DNA from: Malacoraja senta
Taxonomy: Eukaryota
Direction of reading: 5' to 3'
Assembly (NCBI GenBank): GCA_038087875.1
Contig: CM075991.1
Coordinates: 10,418,001 to 10,482,000 of the forward strand
DNA: 64,000 nt
Shown: piece by piece, positions 24,650 through 35,344 of the stretch
Position numbering within the stretch: position 1 is the first letter of the stretch
How the letters are laid out: each line of letters begins with the position of its first letter
Position numbers and translations under genes: made by a program
Notes under the pieces: generated by a model
The model's input: only the letters and a program-made list of their open reading frames with translations
The model's database searches: none
What the model was told of the DNA's origin: nothing

Positions 24650-25043
24650 TGTGGTGGTGGCTTGATGCTCAAACATGCATTTACACTGCTCCCATTTTTA
24701 ATGAAATATGCAACTGCACAGTGGACGTCTTTTCGCATTTATCACATGCGTGGGCGTCGCCATTTTTGCCGCCATTATTAAATTATCCATTTTACTCTTC
24801 CCCGCTCACCCAACCCTCTCCCACCCCCACCAGTTTCCAGCTTCACCAATCAACCTATCAACCCACGCATCTCTGGGATGTGGGAGGGAACCGGAGCACC
24901 CGGAGAAGACCCACACGGTCGGTCACGGAGACGTGCAAACCCCACATGGACAGCTCCTAAGGTCAGGATTGAACCTGGGTCACTGGAGGTAGTGCCTTGA
25001 CTCACCGCACCACCAACCCACCCGATGTGGTTGGCTTTGAACG

Positions 25044-25128
25044 CTCACATTTACATGGTGCCCTTAAACGGCCTCAGGATGTATCAAAGTTCTTTAAGCA
25101 GTCCTAGTTGTAGGAAACACAGCTGACA
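25044..25128 (-). mobile_element. Ancient Deu-SINE (SacSINE1/AmnSINE1-like) 3' remnant
   Basis: CATTTACATGGTGCCCTTAAACGGCCTCAGGATGTATCAAAGTTCTTT..GTAGGAAACACAGCTG resembles the recalled consensus GCATTTATATAGCGCCTTTCACGACCTCAGGACGTCCCAAAGCGCTTT..GTAGGAAACGCGGCAG. Confidence 0.5.
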
Positions 25129-25211
25129 TCCCTTCTAAAGCCCCTGTCCCACTTACGTGTCCATGGCACGCTAATCACGCGACCCCGTGGTCGCGTTGAG
25201 GCGCGACGGTC

Positions 25212-25365
25212 CGCAGCATCTCTGGAGAGAAGCAATGGGTGATGTTTCGTGTCGAGACTCTTCTTCGGTCTGAAAGAAGGGTCTCGACCCGAAACGTCAC
25301 CCATTCTTCTCTCCAGAGATGCTGCCTGTCCCGCTGAGTTACTCCAGCATTTTGTGTCTATCTTC
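25212..25365. mobile_element. Palindromic Penelope terminal element (subfamily B)
   Basis: GCAGCATCTCTGGAGAGAAG / CTTCTCTCCAGAGATGCTGC inverted arms around GGGTCTCGACCCGAAACGTC. Confidence 0.85.
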
Positions 25366-25523
25366 AATTTTCTTGGCCCCACTCTTTTTTTTTCTTTTTT
25401 TTTTTCCGTAAATGTTTTTTTTATTAGATTTTTAAACAAATGTACAATTTACAAGGGAGGGTAGAAAGCTCAAACAATTTAAAAAACACTTAAACAAAAT
25501 TATCAAATTAAAATATTAACATT

Positions 25524-27243
25524 TTAATCTATAATATATTCAACCTCCTGCGGTGACCAGCGTTCACAGAAGGCCTCCACAGTCCCCGTGGACACCGCGT
25601 GTTCCCTCTCTAGGACACGCGGGCACGGACGTAACACCGGAAAAGGGGCAGGCAGCCGACCGCTGTGCGGCCATCGACCGCCCGCTGCCTGGACCCGCGA
25701 ATGGCCATCTTGGCCAGGCCCAGGAGCAGACCGACAGGAGACCCCCTCCTCCCTCCCGACCCTCCCCCCTCTGTACCGGGTGCCCATAAATTAATAGCGT
25801 TGGACTAAATGTAGCCAAAACTTGAGGAGCAGCCCTTTCAGATACTCGAACAGGGTCTGCAACCTCTCGCACTCTATATACACGTGGAACACGGTCTCTT
25901 CCTCACCGCAGAAATGACAAGCAGGGGAAGAGTCGTGAACCGGCTCAAGTACCTATTACAGGCCACGGCTTTGTGCAAAACTCTCCACCCCAGGTCCCCG
26001 ATGTAAAGGGGGAGGACTCCCTTGTAGAGAGACCTCCACTGGGGACCGCTCCCCTCGTCAGGTGGTAACACGGACCGCCAGGGTGTGTCTGGACCGGAAG
26101 ACGAGGGCGAGGAAGTGGAGAGTGTGCAAGAGCAGCCTGTACAGTACGCGCCTCTCCGCGCCACGGAATGGCACACTGGGCTTCTCAGAAAGGCGGCTCA
26201 TGTTGCATGGGGCCGGCTCTCGGGAGGGTCCCGGGCCATGGGCCCTATGAACAATTCCGACTGAGCGGGGGTAAGCTCGTCCGGAATCGCTCCATGCACA
26301 CGCCTCTCCTCGACACCCACCGTCACAGCCACGACACCCCCCTCCCCTGAGGAGCAGGGCCCTGGCTGAAGGTGACCAAATTCCTGGCCTTCAGGAGTTC
26401 ACGGTAAAAAGCCAGGCAACTCCCCGCCTAGCGCGTCGACTCATGCCCGCTACCGGGAGCCGGGAGCCCTCCTGAAGGCACCGCCCCTGACGGAAAAAGT
26501 ACGTCGCCAGCACGTGCCATTTAGGAGGGTAGTCCGAGTAGACGTACCTCCGCAGGGTCCTGAGTCGGAGAGCCGCCACCTGGGTACGAATACAGACCAG
26601 CGCCTGACCACCCTCCTCCAACGGGAGACTCAGAACCCCAGCAGAGACCCAGTGTTCCTCTCACCCCCAGAAGAAGTTGACCAATCTCCTCTGTAACATG
26701 GTTATAAAACAAGAGGATGGGACCATAGTGGCATCCGGTACCACAGCAGAGAGGCCACCAGCTGGTTTATAACTACAGCCCTGCCCCAGTAAGAGAGCAC
26801 ACCCAAGTAGGCCGGACCAACGTCCCAGCCGGGCGACCACTTTCGCCTCCAGCTCCTGCCAGTTCGCCGGCCACCTCTCCTCAGCGGGACTCAGGTAGAC
26901 CCCCAGATAGAGGAGGTGCGTGGTACTCCACGCAAAACCTGCCTTCTCCTCCGGCAGGGAGCCCACCTGCCACCAAGAGACCAGCACACTTCCCCCAGTT
27001 GATCCTGGTGGAAGATGCAGCCGAGAAAACCTGCTGGCACTCACGCATCCTCCGCAGGTCAACAGGGTCGGTGAACATCAGAGGACGTCATCGGGGTAGG
27101 CCGAGAGAACCACCTCCACCCCCGGCCCCGGTAAAGCCAGGCCTGTCAACCGCCTCCGGAGAAGGCCCAGGAAAGGCACGACACAGATGGAATACAGCTG
27201 GCCAGACATGGGACATCCCTGACGAACCCCCCTCCCAAATGGA
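25524..27243 (-). pseudogene. Tx1 ORF2 RT C-terminal region (multiple frameshifts)
   Basis: ORF pieces 27078..27317, 26881..27078, 26661..27062, 26391..26621, 25874..26176 and 25524..25787 resemble Xenopus Tx1 ORF2 motifs. Confidence 0.85.
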
Positions 27244-27244
27244 A

Positions 27245-29161
27245 TACATAGATACATAGATACATAGAAAATAGGTGCAGGAGTAGGCCATTCGGTCCTT
27301 CGAGCCTGCACCGCCATTCAATATGATCATGGCTGATCATCCAACTCAGTATCCCGTACCTGCCTTCTCTCCATACCCCCTGATCCCTTAGCCACAAGGG
27401 CCGCATCTAACTCCCTCTTAAATATAGCCAATGAACTGGCCTCAACTACCCTCTGTGGCAGAGAGTTCCAGAGATTCACCACTCTCTGTGTGAAAAAGTT
27501 CTTCCTCATCTCGGTCTTAAGGATTTCCCCCTTATCCTTAAGCTGTGACCCCTTGTCCTGGACTTCCCCAACATCAGGAACAATCTTCCTGCATCTAGCC
27601 TGTCCAACCCCATAAGAATTTTGTATGTTTCCTATAAGATCCCCTCTCAATCTCCTAAATTCTAGCGAGTATAAGCCAAGTCTATCCAGTCTTTCTTCAT
27701 ATGAAGTCCTGACATCCCAGGAATCAGTCTGGTGAACCTTCTCTGCACTCCCTCTATGGCTATAATGTCCTTCCTCAGATTTGGAGACCAAACTGTACGC
27801 AATACTCCAGGTGTGGTCTCACCAAGACCCTGTACAACTGCAGTAGAACCTCCCTGCTCCTATACTCAAATCCTCTTGCTATGAAGGCCAACATACCATT
27901 CGCTTTCTTCACTGCCTGCTGCACCTGCATGCCTACTTTCAATGACTGGTGTACCATGACACCAGGTCTCACTGCATCTCCCCATTTCCTAATCGGCCAC
28001 CATTTAGATAATAGTCTGCTTTCTGTTTTTGCCACAAAGTGGATAACCTCACATTTATCCACATTATACTGCATCTGCAAACATTTGCCCACTCACCCAG
28101 CCTATCCAAGTCACCTTGCAGTCTCCTAGCATCCTCCTCACAGCTAACACTGCCCCCCAGCTTAGTGTCAACTTGGAGATTTGCTTTCAATTCCCTCGTC
28201 CAGATCATAATATAAATTGTAAATAGCTGGGGTCCCAGCACTGAGCCTTGCGGTACCCCACTAGTCACTGCCTGCCATTGTGAAAAGGACCCGTTTACTC
28301 CTACTCTTTGCTTCCTGTTTGCCAGCCAGTTCTCTATCCACATCAATACTGAACCCCCAATTACCGTGTGATTTAAGTTTGTATCCTAATCTCCTATGTG
28401 GGACCTTGTCAGAAGCCTTCTGAAAGTCCAGATACAACACATCCACTGGTTCTCCCCTGTCCACTCTACTAGTTACATCCTCGAAAAATTCTATAAGATT
28501 CGTCAGACACGATTTACCTTTCGTAAATCCATGCTGACTTTGTCCAATGATTTCACCACTTCCAAATGTGCTGCTATCCCATCTTTAATAACTGACTCTA
28601 GCAGTTTCCCCACTACCGATGTTAGACTAACTGGTCTGTAATTCCCCGTTTTCTCTCTCCCTCCCTTCTTAAAAAGTGGGGTTACGTTTGCTAACCCTCC
28701 AATCCTCAGGAACTACTCCAGAATCTAAAGAAATTATACTAATGCATCCACTATTTCTGGAGCTACTCCTTAAGTACTCTGGGATGCAGCCTATCTGACC
28801 CTAGTGATTTATCGGCCTTTAATCCATTCAATTTACCACACCACTTCCCGACTAACCTGGATTCACTCAGTTCCTCCATCTCATTTGACCCGCGGCCCCC
28901 TGCTATTTCCGGCAGATTATTATGTCTCCTTAATGAAGACGGAACCAAGTAGTTATTCAATTGGTCTGCCATATCCTTGTTCCCCATGATCAATTCACCT
29001 GTTTCTGACTGCAAGGGACCTACATTTGTTTTAACTAATCTCTTTCTCTTCACATATCTATAAAACTTTTGCAGTCAGTTTTTATGTTCCCTGCCAGTTT
29101 CCTTTCATAATCTATTTTCCCTTTCGTAATTAAGCCCTTTGTCCTCCTCTGCTGGTCTCTG
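27245..29161 (-). mobile_element. CR1 LINE inserted in the Tx1 RT domain, running into the gap
   Basis: [46 protein letters not shown]; (ATGTATCT)n tail at 27245-27270. Confidence 0.92.
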
Positions 29162-29361
29162 NNNNNNNNNNNNNNNNNNNNNNNNNNNNNNNNNNNNNNN
29201 NNNNNNNNNNNNNNNNNNNNNNNNNNNNNNNNNNNNNNNNNNNNNNNNNNNNNNNNNNNNNNNNNNNNNNNNNNNNNNNNNNNNNNNNNNNNNNNNNNNN
29301 NNNNNNNNNNNNNNNNNNNNNNNNNNNNNNNNNNNNNNNNNNNNNNNNNNNNNNNNNNNNN
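29162..29361. other. Assembly gap (200 N)
   Basis: Run of exactly 200 N, probably a nominal scaffolding gap. Confidence 0.99.
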
Positions 29362-29859
29362 CGGGTCTGTCTGGAGTCCGACCTAAGGACACGATACCGA
29401 AACGATCTTGCCCTCCTCCGCACCCAGGGTATCTGCCCCTGCACCGTCACCCAGAGAGTCCCCGTCCCCCACCACCAGGTGAATCACCTCACTGTGGCCC
29501 TCAGGGGCCGATGTACTGGAGTCTCCCCTGCTCCCTCAACCAGTGGGGCATCACACCCCTCAACTGGGCTTGTAGCCTCAACGGGGAGCTCATGCTGGGG
29601 ACCCACCCCCTCACCCAAGTCCCCCCTTCAGGCTGCCCCTGGTCATCCACCAAGCTAGCAGACGCATCTCTGGGGGAACAGCCCCAAGAGCAATATATCG
29701 CCACTCTCTGGTGGTCCCAGACCTACAGAGGCATCCTCCCCCTCAGAGGAAACGTGCCCTGGGTACTCCACCTCAACACGAGGGAAAACTCCCCTTCAGG
29801 TTGCCCCTGAACTTCAGGGCCCTTCTCTGTATCGGAGGACCCATGCCTCCTCCTCTCAA

Positions 29860-30793
29860 CCACTGGCGTACGGTGGTACGGTGAGCTCCATTGCAGAAGC
29901 CTCTACCTCCGCACTACCGTCTATCTCAGAGGCGAGCACGAAATTATCTGCTGCCTGGGGTCCCGCTTGGAGGTGATCATCTTCTAGGGGACCCGCCTGG
30001 AGATGTTTCTTCTTTTTCTTGACTTTCCTCCCTGCTGATGCTCCCAAACCTCCCCATCCACCCTAGCACTTCTCCGGCATCCACCGCACAGGTACGGGAC
30101 ATGGGGGTGGTGGGGGGATAGGGGTTGGGGTGGGGAGTAAAGCCTTCACGGGCCACCATGGTAGAACCAGCAGCCCAGATGGGCCAGTAGTGCTTCCTGG
30201 GCCATCGTGGTGGAACTGGCAGCCCGGGTCCTGGGACAATTCCTGCGAAAATGCCCCACCTTTTTGCAAGCGTGACAACGCACTTGGCCCGCATTCCAGA
30301 ACACGCAATAGGAGAAATCATCCACCTCCACCTCAAAACTCCCTCCGTGGCGTCTGTCCCCTTTGCGACGCTTGAACGTATATATATGCTGCAGTTTGGT
30401 GAGCCCCGACCGCACCTCCCCAGCTTCCTTACATGTGGGAGCAGGAGCGCATACGGAACAAAAGTGGGAACGTTGGACAGAATGACCGGCAAAACGGGAC
30501 CCCCCCCATGGGTCCACCGCCGCGAAATTCCCGCCTGCTGTTACCCCCCTTTCCAGAGCCAGAGCCACCGCCTGTTCAGTCTTTAGTAGAACCACAACCT
30601 TCCCACTGACCACCGCGCCCGAGACTATGGCTTTCTTGCCAACGTCTCACCCAGTGCATCTAGAAAGGCTTTAAGGCAGGTTGCTCTGCATGTACATTTT
30701 TACACCATATTGGCGCCCCATCAACCTCGTGGCCCTCAGTCTCGTAGAGACTGACAACCGTGTGACAGCTGCATAACTCTGAGGGGCCGCCAT
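29860..30793 (-). pseudogene. Tx1 ORF1 (gag-like, zinc knuckle) remnant
   Basis: ATG at 30793; YGVK, SGKVVVLLKTEQAV, SNVP and CX2CX4HX4C motifs across frameshifts. Confidence 0.8.
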
Positions 30794-31507
30794 CTTTAGG
30801 GTGTGGCACAACACACAAAGTATCAGTACTTTATAATCAAAGCAGTCTTTCTGCTGTTGCTGCACCTCCACTCTTTTGGCAGGCAGTTAAATAGTCCTGT
30901 GAAGGCTTCTTGGCAAGCAACAGAAGCAGTCTCCTCCTGATAAGATAGGAATGTCCGTCCCAATCCTCCCCGTCGTCAAAAATGGAGCTTCCGGAGGCTT
31001 CTTCCCCAGGTCTCTGTCGCCTCCCGGCTTCAACGAAATCCAAGGCACTGTTGCCGTTCTTACCCAGCACACCTGGACCGGGCAAGTCGGTGTAGGAGGG
31101 AGCTTTCCGATGTTACTGACCACAAACACCGCTCCAGTCTCAGCTCCCACTAGTTCAAGTGTAACTTGGCCTTCCGCCAACCAAAGCCGCTCCTACGACT
31201 TTCCATATACACGGACAAATCCTCACTAATTAGAGGAATCTTTGAACAAAGAAAGTCTCTGCAGATCGACAAAGCTCTGAACTGCAAAGTCTGACTGCTT
31301 TTGTTTCTCCCCGCCAAACAAAACCTTCCGATAAGTTCATCGAATCCTCCCCGCCAGCAGAACAGCTCCTCACCTGGCCCCGCTCTGGGAGTAGAAGTGG
31401 GGGCGGATCCGGAACCGCAACGGACGTGAGCCCCAGGCCGAGTTCGGCGATCGTTTGCCTGCTTCTGCTGCTGCTGAAGGTGAGACGTTGGCGTCGAGCC
31501 AGGGTCT

Positions 31508-31647
31508 TGGGCCTGTCCCACTTGGGCCGTCAGTTCTGCGACAGGCCGTTGGGCACGAAGATTTCGTTCACTACAAAAATTTCGGATCCCCGCGCGATGT
31601 CGCGCACAACTACATACCCCTCCGCGCTTCTCAGTGGGACCGGCCCC
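31508..31647. mobile_element. Short PIF/Harbinger-type MITE
   Basis: TGGGCCTGTCCCACT...AGTGGGACCGGCCCC inverted termini; TSD not clear. Confidence 0.6.
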
Positions 31648-31699
31648 ACGTGGTCGCGTAATTTGCGTGCCAAGGGCACGTAAGTGGGACAGGGCCTTA

Positions 31700-32240
31700 A
31701 ATATCATCCAAATAATTAGCATGAACCTCAAGCACCAATGGGGCCGGCATTGATCCCTGAGCACGCCACTGGTGACAGGTCTTCAGTCCGAGAAACAATC
31801 TTCCACCATCACCCTCTGCTTCCTTCCGTGAAGACAATTGTCTATCCAGTCCGCTAGCTCCCCCTGAATCCCATGCACTCTAACCTTCCAGAACAGCCTA
31901 CTATGCAAGAACCTTATCAAATACTTTGCTGATCCATATAGACAAATTCTACAGCTTTGCCCTCATCAATGTGTTTGGTTACTTCTAAAAATCTCCATCA
32001 GATTTGTAAGACATGATCTCCCACATACAAAACTCTGCTAACTGTCCCTAATAACCCCCTGTCTATATCAAAATGCACATATATCGTATCCCTCAGAACG
32101 CTCTCCAGTACCTTGCCTACCGCAGATGTCAGGCTCAGAGGGCTATTGTTCCCATTCTTTTCCGTGCGGCCCTTCTTAAATTGGGGCACAACATTAGCCA
32201 CCCTCCAGTCTGCTGAAACCTCGCCCATGTCTAAATGAAT
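31700..32240 (-). mobile_element. Older CR1 RT-region fragment
   Basis: DWRVANVVPQFKKG...PLSLTSAVGKVLES. Confidence 0.8.
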
Positions 32241-32247
32241 GATGTTC

Positions 32248-32497
32248 AAGACGGAACTGCAGATGCTAGGAAAATCGAAGGTAGACAAAAGTGCTGGAGA
32301 AACTCAGCGGGTGCAGAAGCATCTGTGGAGCGAAGAAATAGGCAACGTTTCGGGCCGAAACCCGGAAGGGTTTCGGCCCGAACGTTGCCTATTCCTCCAG
32401 TCTGAAGAAGGGTTTCGGCCCGAAACGTTGCCTATTTCCTTCGCTCCATAGATGCTGCCTCACCCGCTGAGTGTCTCCAGCACTTTTGTCTACCTTC
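32248..32497. mobile_element. Palindromic Penelope element with tandem hammerhead-like cores
   Basis: Inverted arms; a partial core at ~32365 is followed by an intact CTGAAGAAGGGTTTCGGCCCGAAACGTT at 32402-32429. Confidence 0.85.
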
Positions 32498-32929
32498 TAA
32501 TGAATGATGATTCATTTATCTCAGCCAGGGCGACTGCAATTTCTTCTCTAGCTTCCCAAAGAGATTTGGCTAAAGAAGAAGGGTCTCGACCCGAAACGTC
32601 ACCCATTCCTTCTCTCCAGAGATGCTGCCTGTCCGCTAAGTTACTCCAGCATTTTGTGTCTACCTTCTGGCGAAAGAAGATCTTCTTGCCCTTGAAGTCA
32701 TTGATAGACTGGGTGTGAGCAGAGTGGAAATGGGATGGTTGGGAGAGATAGTGGCAAGGTTAGTGATTATGGGAAGAACTGCAGATGCTGGTTTTACACA
32801 AAGATAGGCACAAAATAGAGCATTCTGCCGAACGTTTCTTCCAAAGCCACCAATTACCTGAGGTCGAAAATAGACACAAAATGCTGGAGTAACTCAGCAG
32901 GTCAGGCAGCATCTCCGGAGAAATGGAAT

Positions 32930-33172
32930 AGGAGACGAGGAAACACTTTTTCTCACAGAGAGTGGTGAGTCTGTGGAATTCTCTGCCTCAGAGGGAGTTC
33001 TCTGGATGCTTTCAAGAGAGAGCTAGATAGGGGCTCTAAAAACAGGGGATATGGGGGAGAAGGCAGGAACGGGGTACTGATTGGGGATGATCAGCCATGA
33101 TCACATTGAATGGCGGTGCTGGCTCGAAGGGCCGAATGGCCTACTCTGCACCTATTGTCTATTGTCTATTGT
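32930..33172 (+). mobile_element. CR1 3' tail
   Basis: Ends GCACCTATTGTCTATTGTCTATTG. Confidence 0.85.
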
Positions 33173-33179
33173 GACGTGT

Positions 33180-33455
33180 ACAGCACGGAAGCAGAACCTT
33201 CGGCCCACCTAGCCCACGCCGACCAGCAACCACCCCGCTACACTAGCACCATCCTACAGACTTGGGACAATTTACTATTTTACCGAAGCCAATTAACCTA
33301 CAAACCTGGACGTCTTTGGATTGTGGGGGGAAACCGGAGCATCCGTGATCACAGGGAGAACGTGCAAACTCCGCACAAACAGCACCCGTGGTCAGGAACG
33401 AACCCGGGTTTCTGGCGCTGCAAGGCAGCAACTCTACCATTGCGCCACTGTGCCG
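33180..33455 (-). mobile_element. V-SINE/HE1-like SINE
   Basis: Reverse complement of the SINE seen elsewhere in the window. Confidence 0.85.
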
Positions 33456-34109
33456 GCCTACCGGCTGGAGGTCACACATCCCTGGAGAACATGGATGGGT
33501 GACATTTCGGGTCGGGACCCTTCTTCAGGACATCCTATTCCAGTGCTGGTCTTGTTCTATTTTCTATGGGAGATAAATTTATTTTCAGAACACCACAGAG
33601 AGGTTTGACCTTTCTCTGCAGAGAGCGGAGCCAGAGCAATAGATTTGGGGGATAGCACCTTGCTCCGTTCCCAGTTGGGGGACTCCATGTCCATGGGGCG
33701 GAGAGAGTTTCAACCAGACTGAAGTGTAAACAAACAGGTCAGGGAGGGCGGACACAAACAGCAGGCATCTGACATTTTCCCTCTCGATTTGGGTCACTGC
33801 AAGTCTGGACGAATTAGTAATGGACAATTCTTCTTAATTTGAAGCAAATGGGAGTCTCTTGTCTTTATGTGTCCCTGGAGTAAACATGGATTACTCGTCC
33901 AGAGAACGTCAACCATTTTACAGGCAACCTATAAATAGTTGTTATATTTTAAGGCAACGTATTGAAATTGGGGGGAAAGAGACACTAGGAATGCCATAAT
34001 GTCCAAATATCTTCATCAAAACAGTTATCACGCCTCTTCCGACATTCACACAAAGTGAGTGACTACCTCATTCATTCTTTGGTAAGAAGACAGGAAAAGC
34101 TGCCCCATC

Positions 34110-34385
34110 TGATTTGAGAATTAAGGGACAGAAGTTTAGGGGTAACATGAGGGGGAACTTCTTTACACAGAGGTGGCTGTGTGGAATGAGCTTCCAGTGG
34201 AAGTGGTGGAGGCAGGTTCGATTTATCATTTAAAAATAAATTGGATAGGTATATGGACGGGAAAGGAATGGAGGGTTATGGTCTGAGTGCAGGTAGATGG
34301 GACTAGGTGAGAGTAAGTGTTCGGCACGGACTAGAAGGGCGGAGATGGCCTGTTTCCGTGCTGTAATTGTTATATGGTTATGGTT
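34110..34385 (+). mobile_element. CR1 3' end (same subfamily as 15481-16495)
   Basis: Highly similar to 16170-16495; GGTTATAT-type tail. Confidence 0.88.
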
Positions 34386-34539
34386 GCTTTGATAAATCCT
34401 CCCTAAATATCATTGCACATCCAGAGGCAGCATGCATCGCCATTCACAGTGTTATTTCAAGCCTAATAAGTTTATAATTTCATAAGTCATTGGGAGCTAC
34501 GAGATCAGTGTCCTGGGGGCATTGACCTGAGGTAATTGT

Positions 34540-34745
34540 GTAGGAAGGAACTGCAGATGCTGGTTTAAACCGAAGTTAGGCACAAAATGCTGGAGTAACT
34601 CAGCGGGACAGGCAGCATCTCTGCAGAGAAGGAACGGGTGACGTTTCGGGTCTGAAGAAGGGTCTCGACCCGAAACATCACCCATTCCTTCTCTCCGGAG
34701 ATGCTGCCTGTCCCGCTGGGTTACTCCAGCATTTTGTGTCCATTT
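34540..34745. mobile_element. Palindromic Penelope terminal element (subfamily B)
   Basis: Inverted arms around CTGAAGAAGGGTCTCGACCCGAAAC. Confidence 0.85.
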
Positions 34746-35001
34746 TTGACCTCGGGTAATCGGTGGCTGTGGAAGAATGTTCAGCTGAATGCACTATCAC
34801 CTAGATCCATGATAGCTTGTCGATGTGCACCATAGATATGGCGGACTGCATGGCCTTCTTCAGTCCAAGAAGCAATACCTATGGTTCACTGCATTCTCAA
34901 CCATTCTTTGGTGACTCACATGCCAGTCTCTGGTGGTCCAGAATTTGCTACATCAGCAGTGTTAACTCCTGGCTTGGGTCACTGCAGGTCAGCACGAGAG
35001 T

Positions 35002-35029
35002 CTGAAGAAGGGTCTCGACCCGAAACGTC
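35002..35029 (+). ncRNA. Minimal hammerhead-ribozyme-like motif (Penelope subfamily B)
   Basis: CUGAAGA-A-GGGU(CUCG)ACCC-GAAA-CGUC with a GUC cleavage triplet; 2-bp stem I start (GU/AC). Confidence 0.62.
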
Positions 35030-35344
35030 ACCCATTCCTTCTGTCCGGAGATGCTGCCTGTCCGCTGAGTTACTCCAGCATTGAGTGTCCATCTTCAGCA
35101 GCTTTCTTGATGGAACGAGCTGCCAGAGGAGGTAGTTGCGATTTGCGTTGGGCCTGACTCTGTCTCTGTCATTCTTTGCCTGGGCTACCCCACCAGCTCC
35201 TCCCAATCCTGTGGCTTCCACCACCAAGGAGGGCGGGGCAGCCAGGACACTGCCTGCAAGTTCCACTCCACCCTGACATGGGAATTATAGCCAGGTCTGA
35301 ACCCTGGAACTCCTTCTCCAGCAAGCAACACCTTCACAAGCATG

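Larger units (their letters stand above)
25384..30867 (-). mobile_element. Tx1-clade LINE (ORF1 + ORF2, frameshifted), interrupted by CR1 and an assembly gap
   Basis: ORF1: MAAPQSYAA..., VILSNVPTFV and CCHC knuckle CHACKKVGHFRRNCP. ORF2: GVRQGCPMSGQLYS..LSAYPDDV, YLGVYL, GDLGWRVLH, AFCERW. Poly(A) (T-run on +) at ~25384-25406; possible TSD CCACTC(TTTT). Confidence 0.88.

Noticed and set aside
29105..29810. ORFs containing X runs
   Set aside because: Artefacts of reading through the N gap
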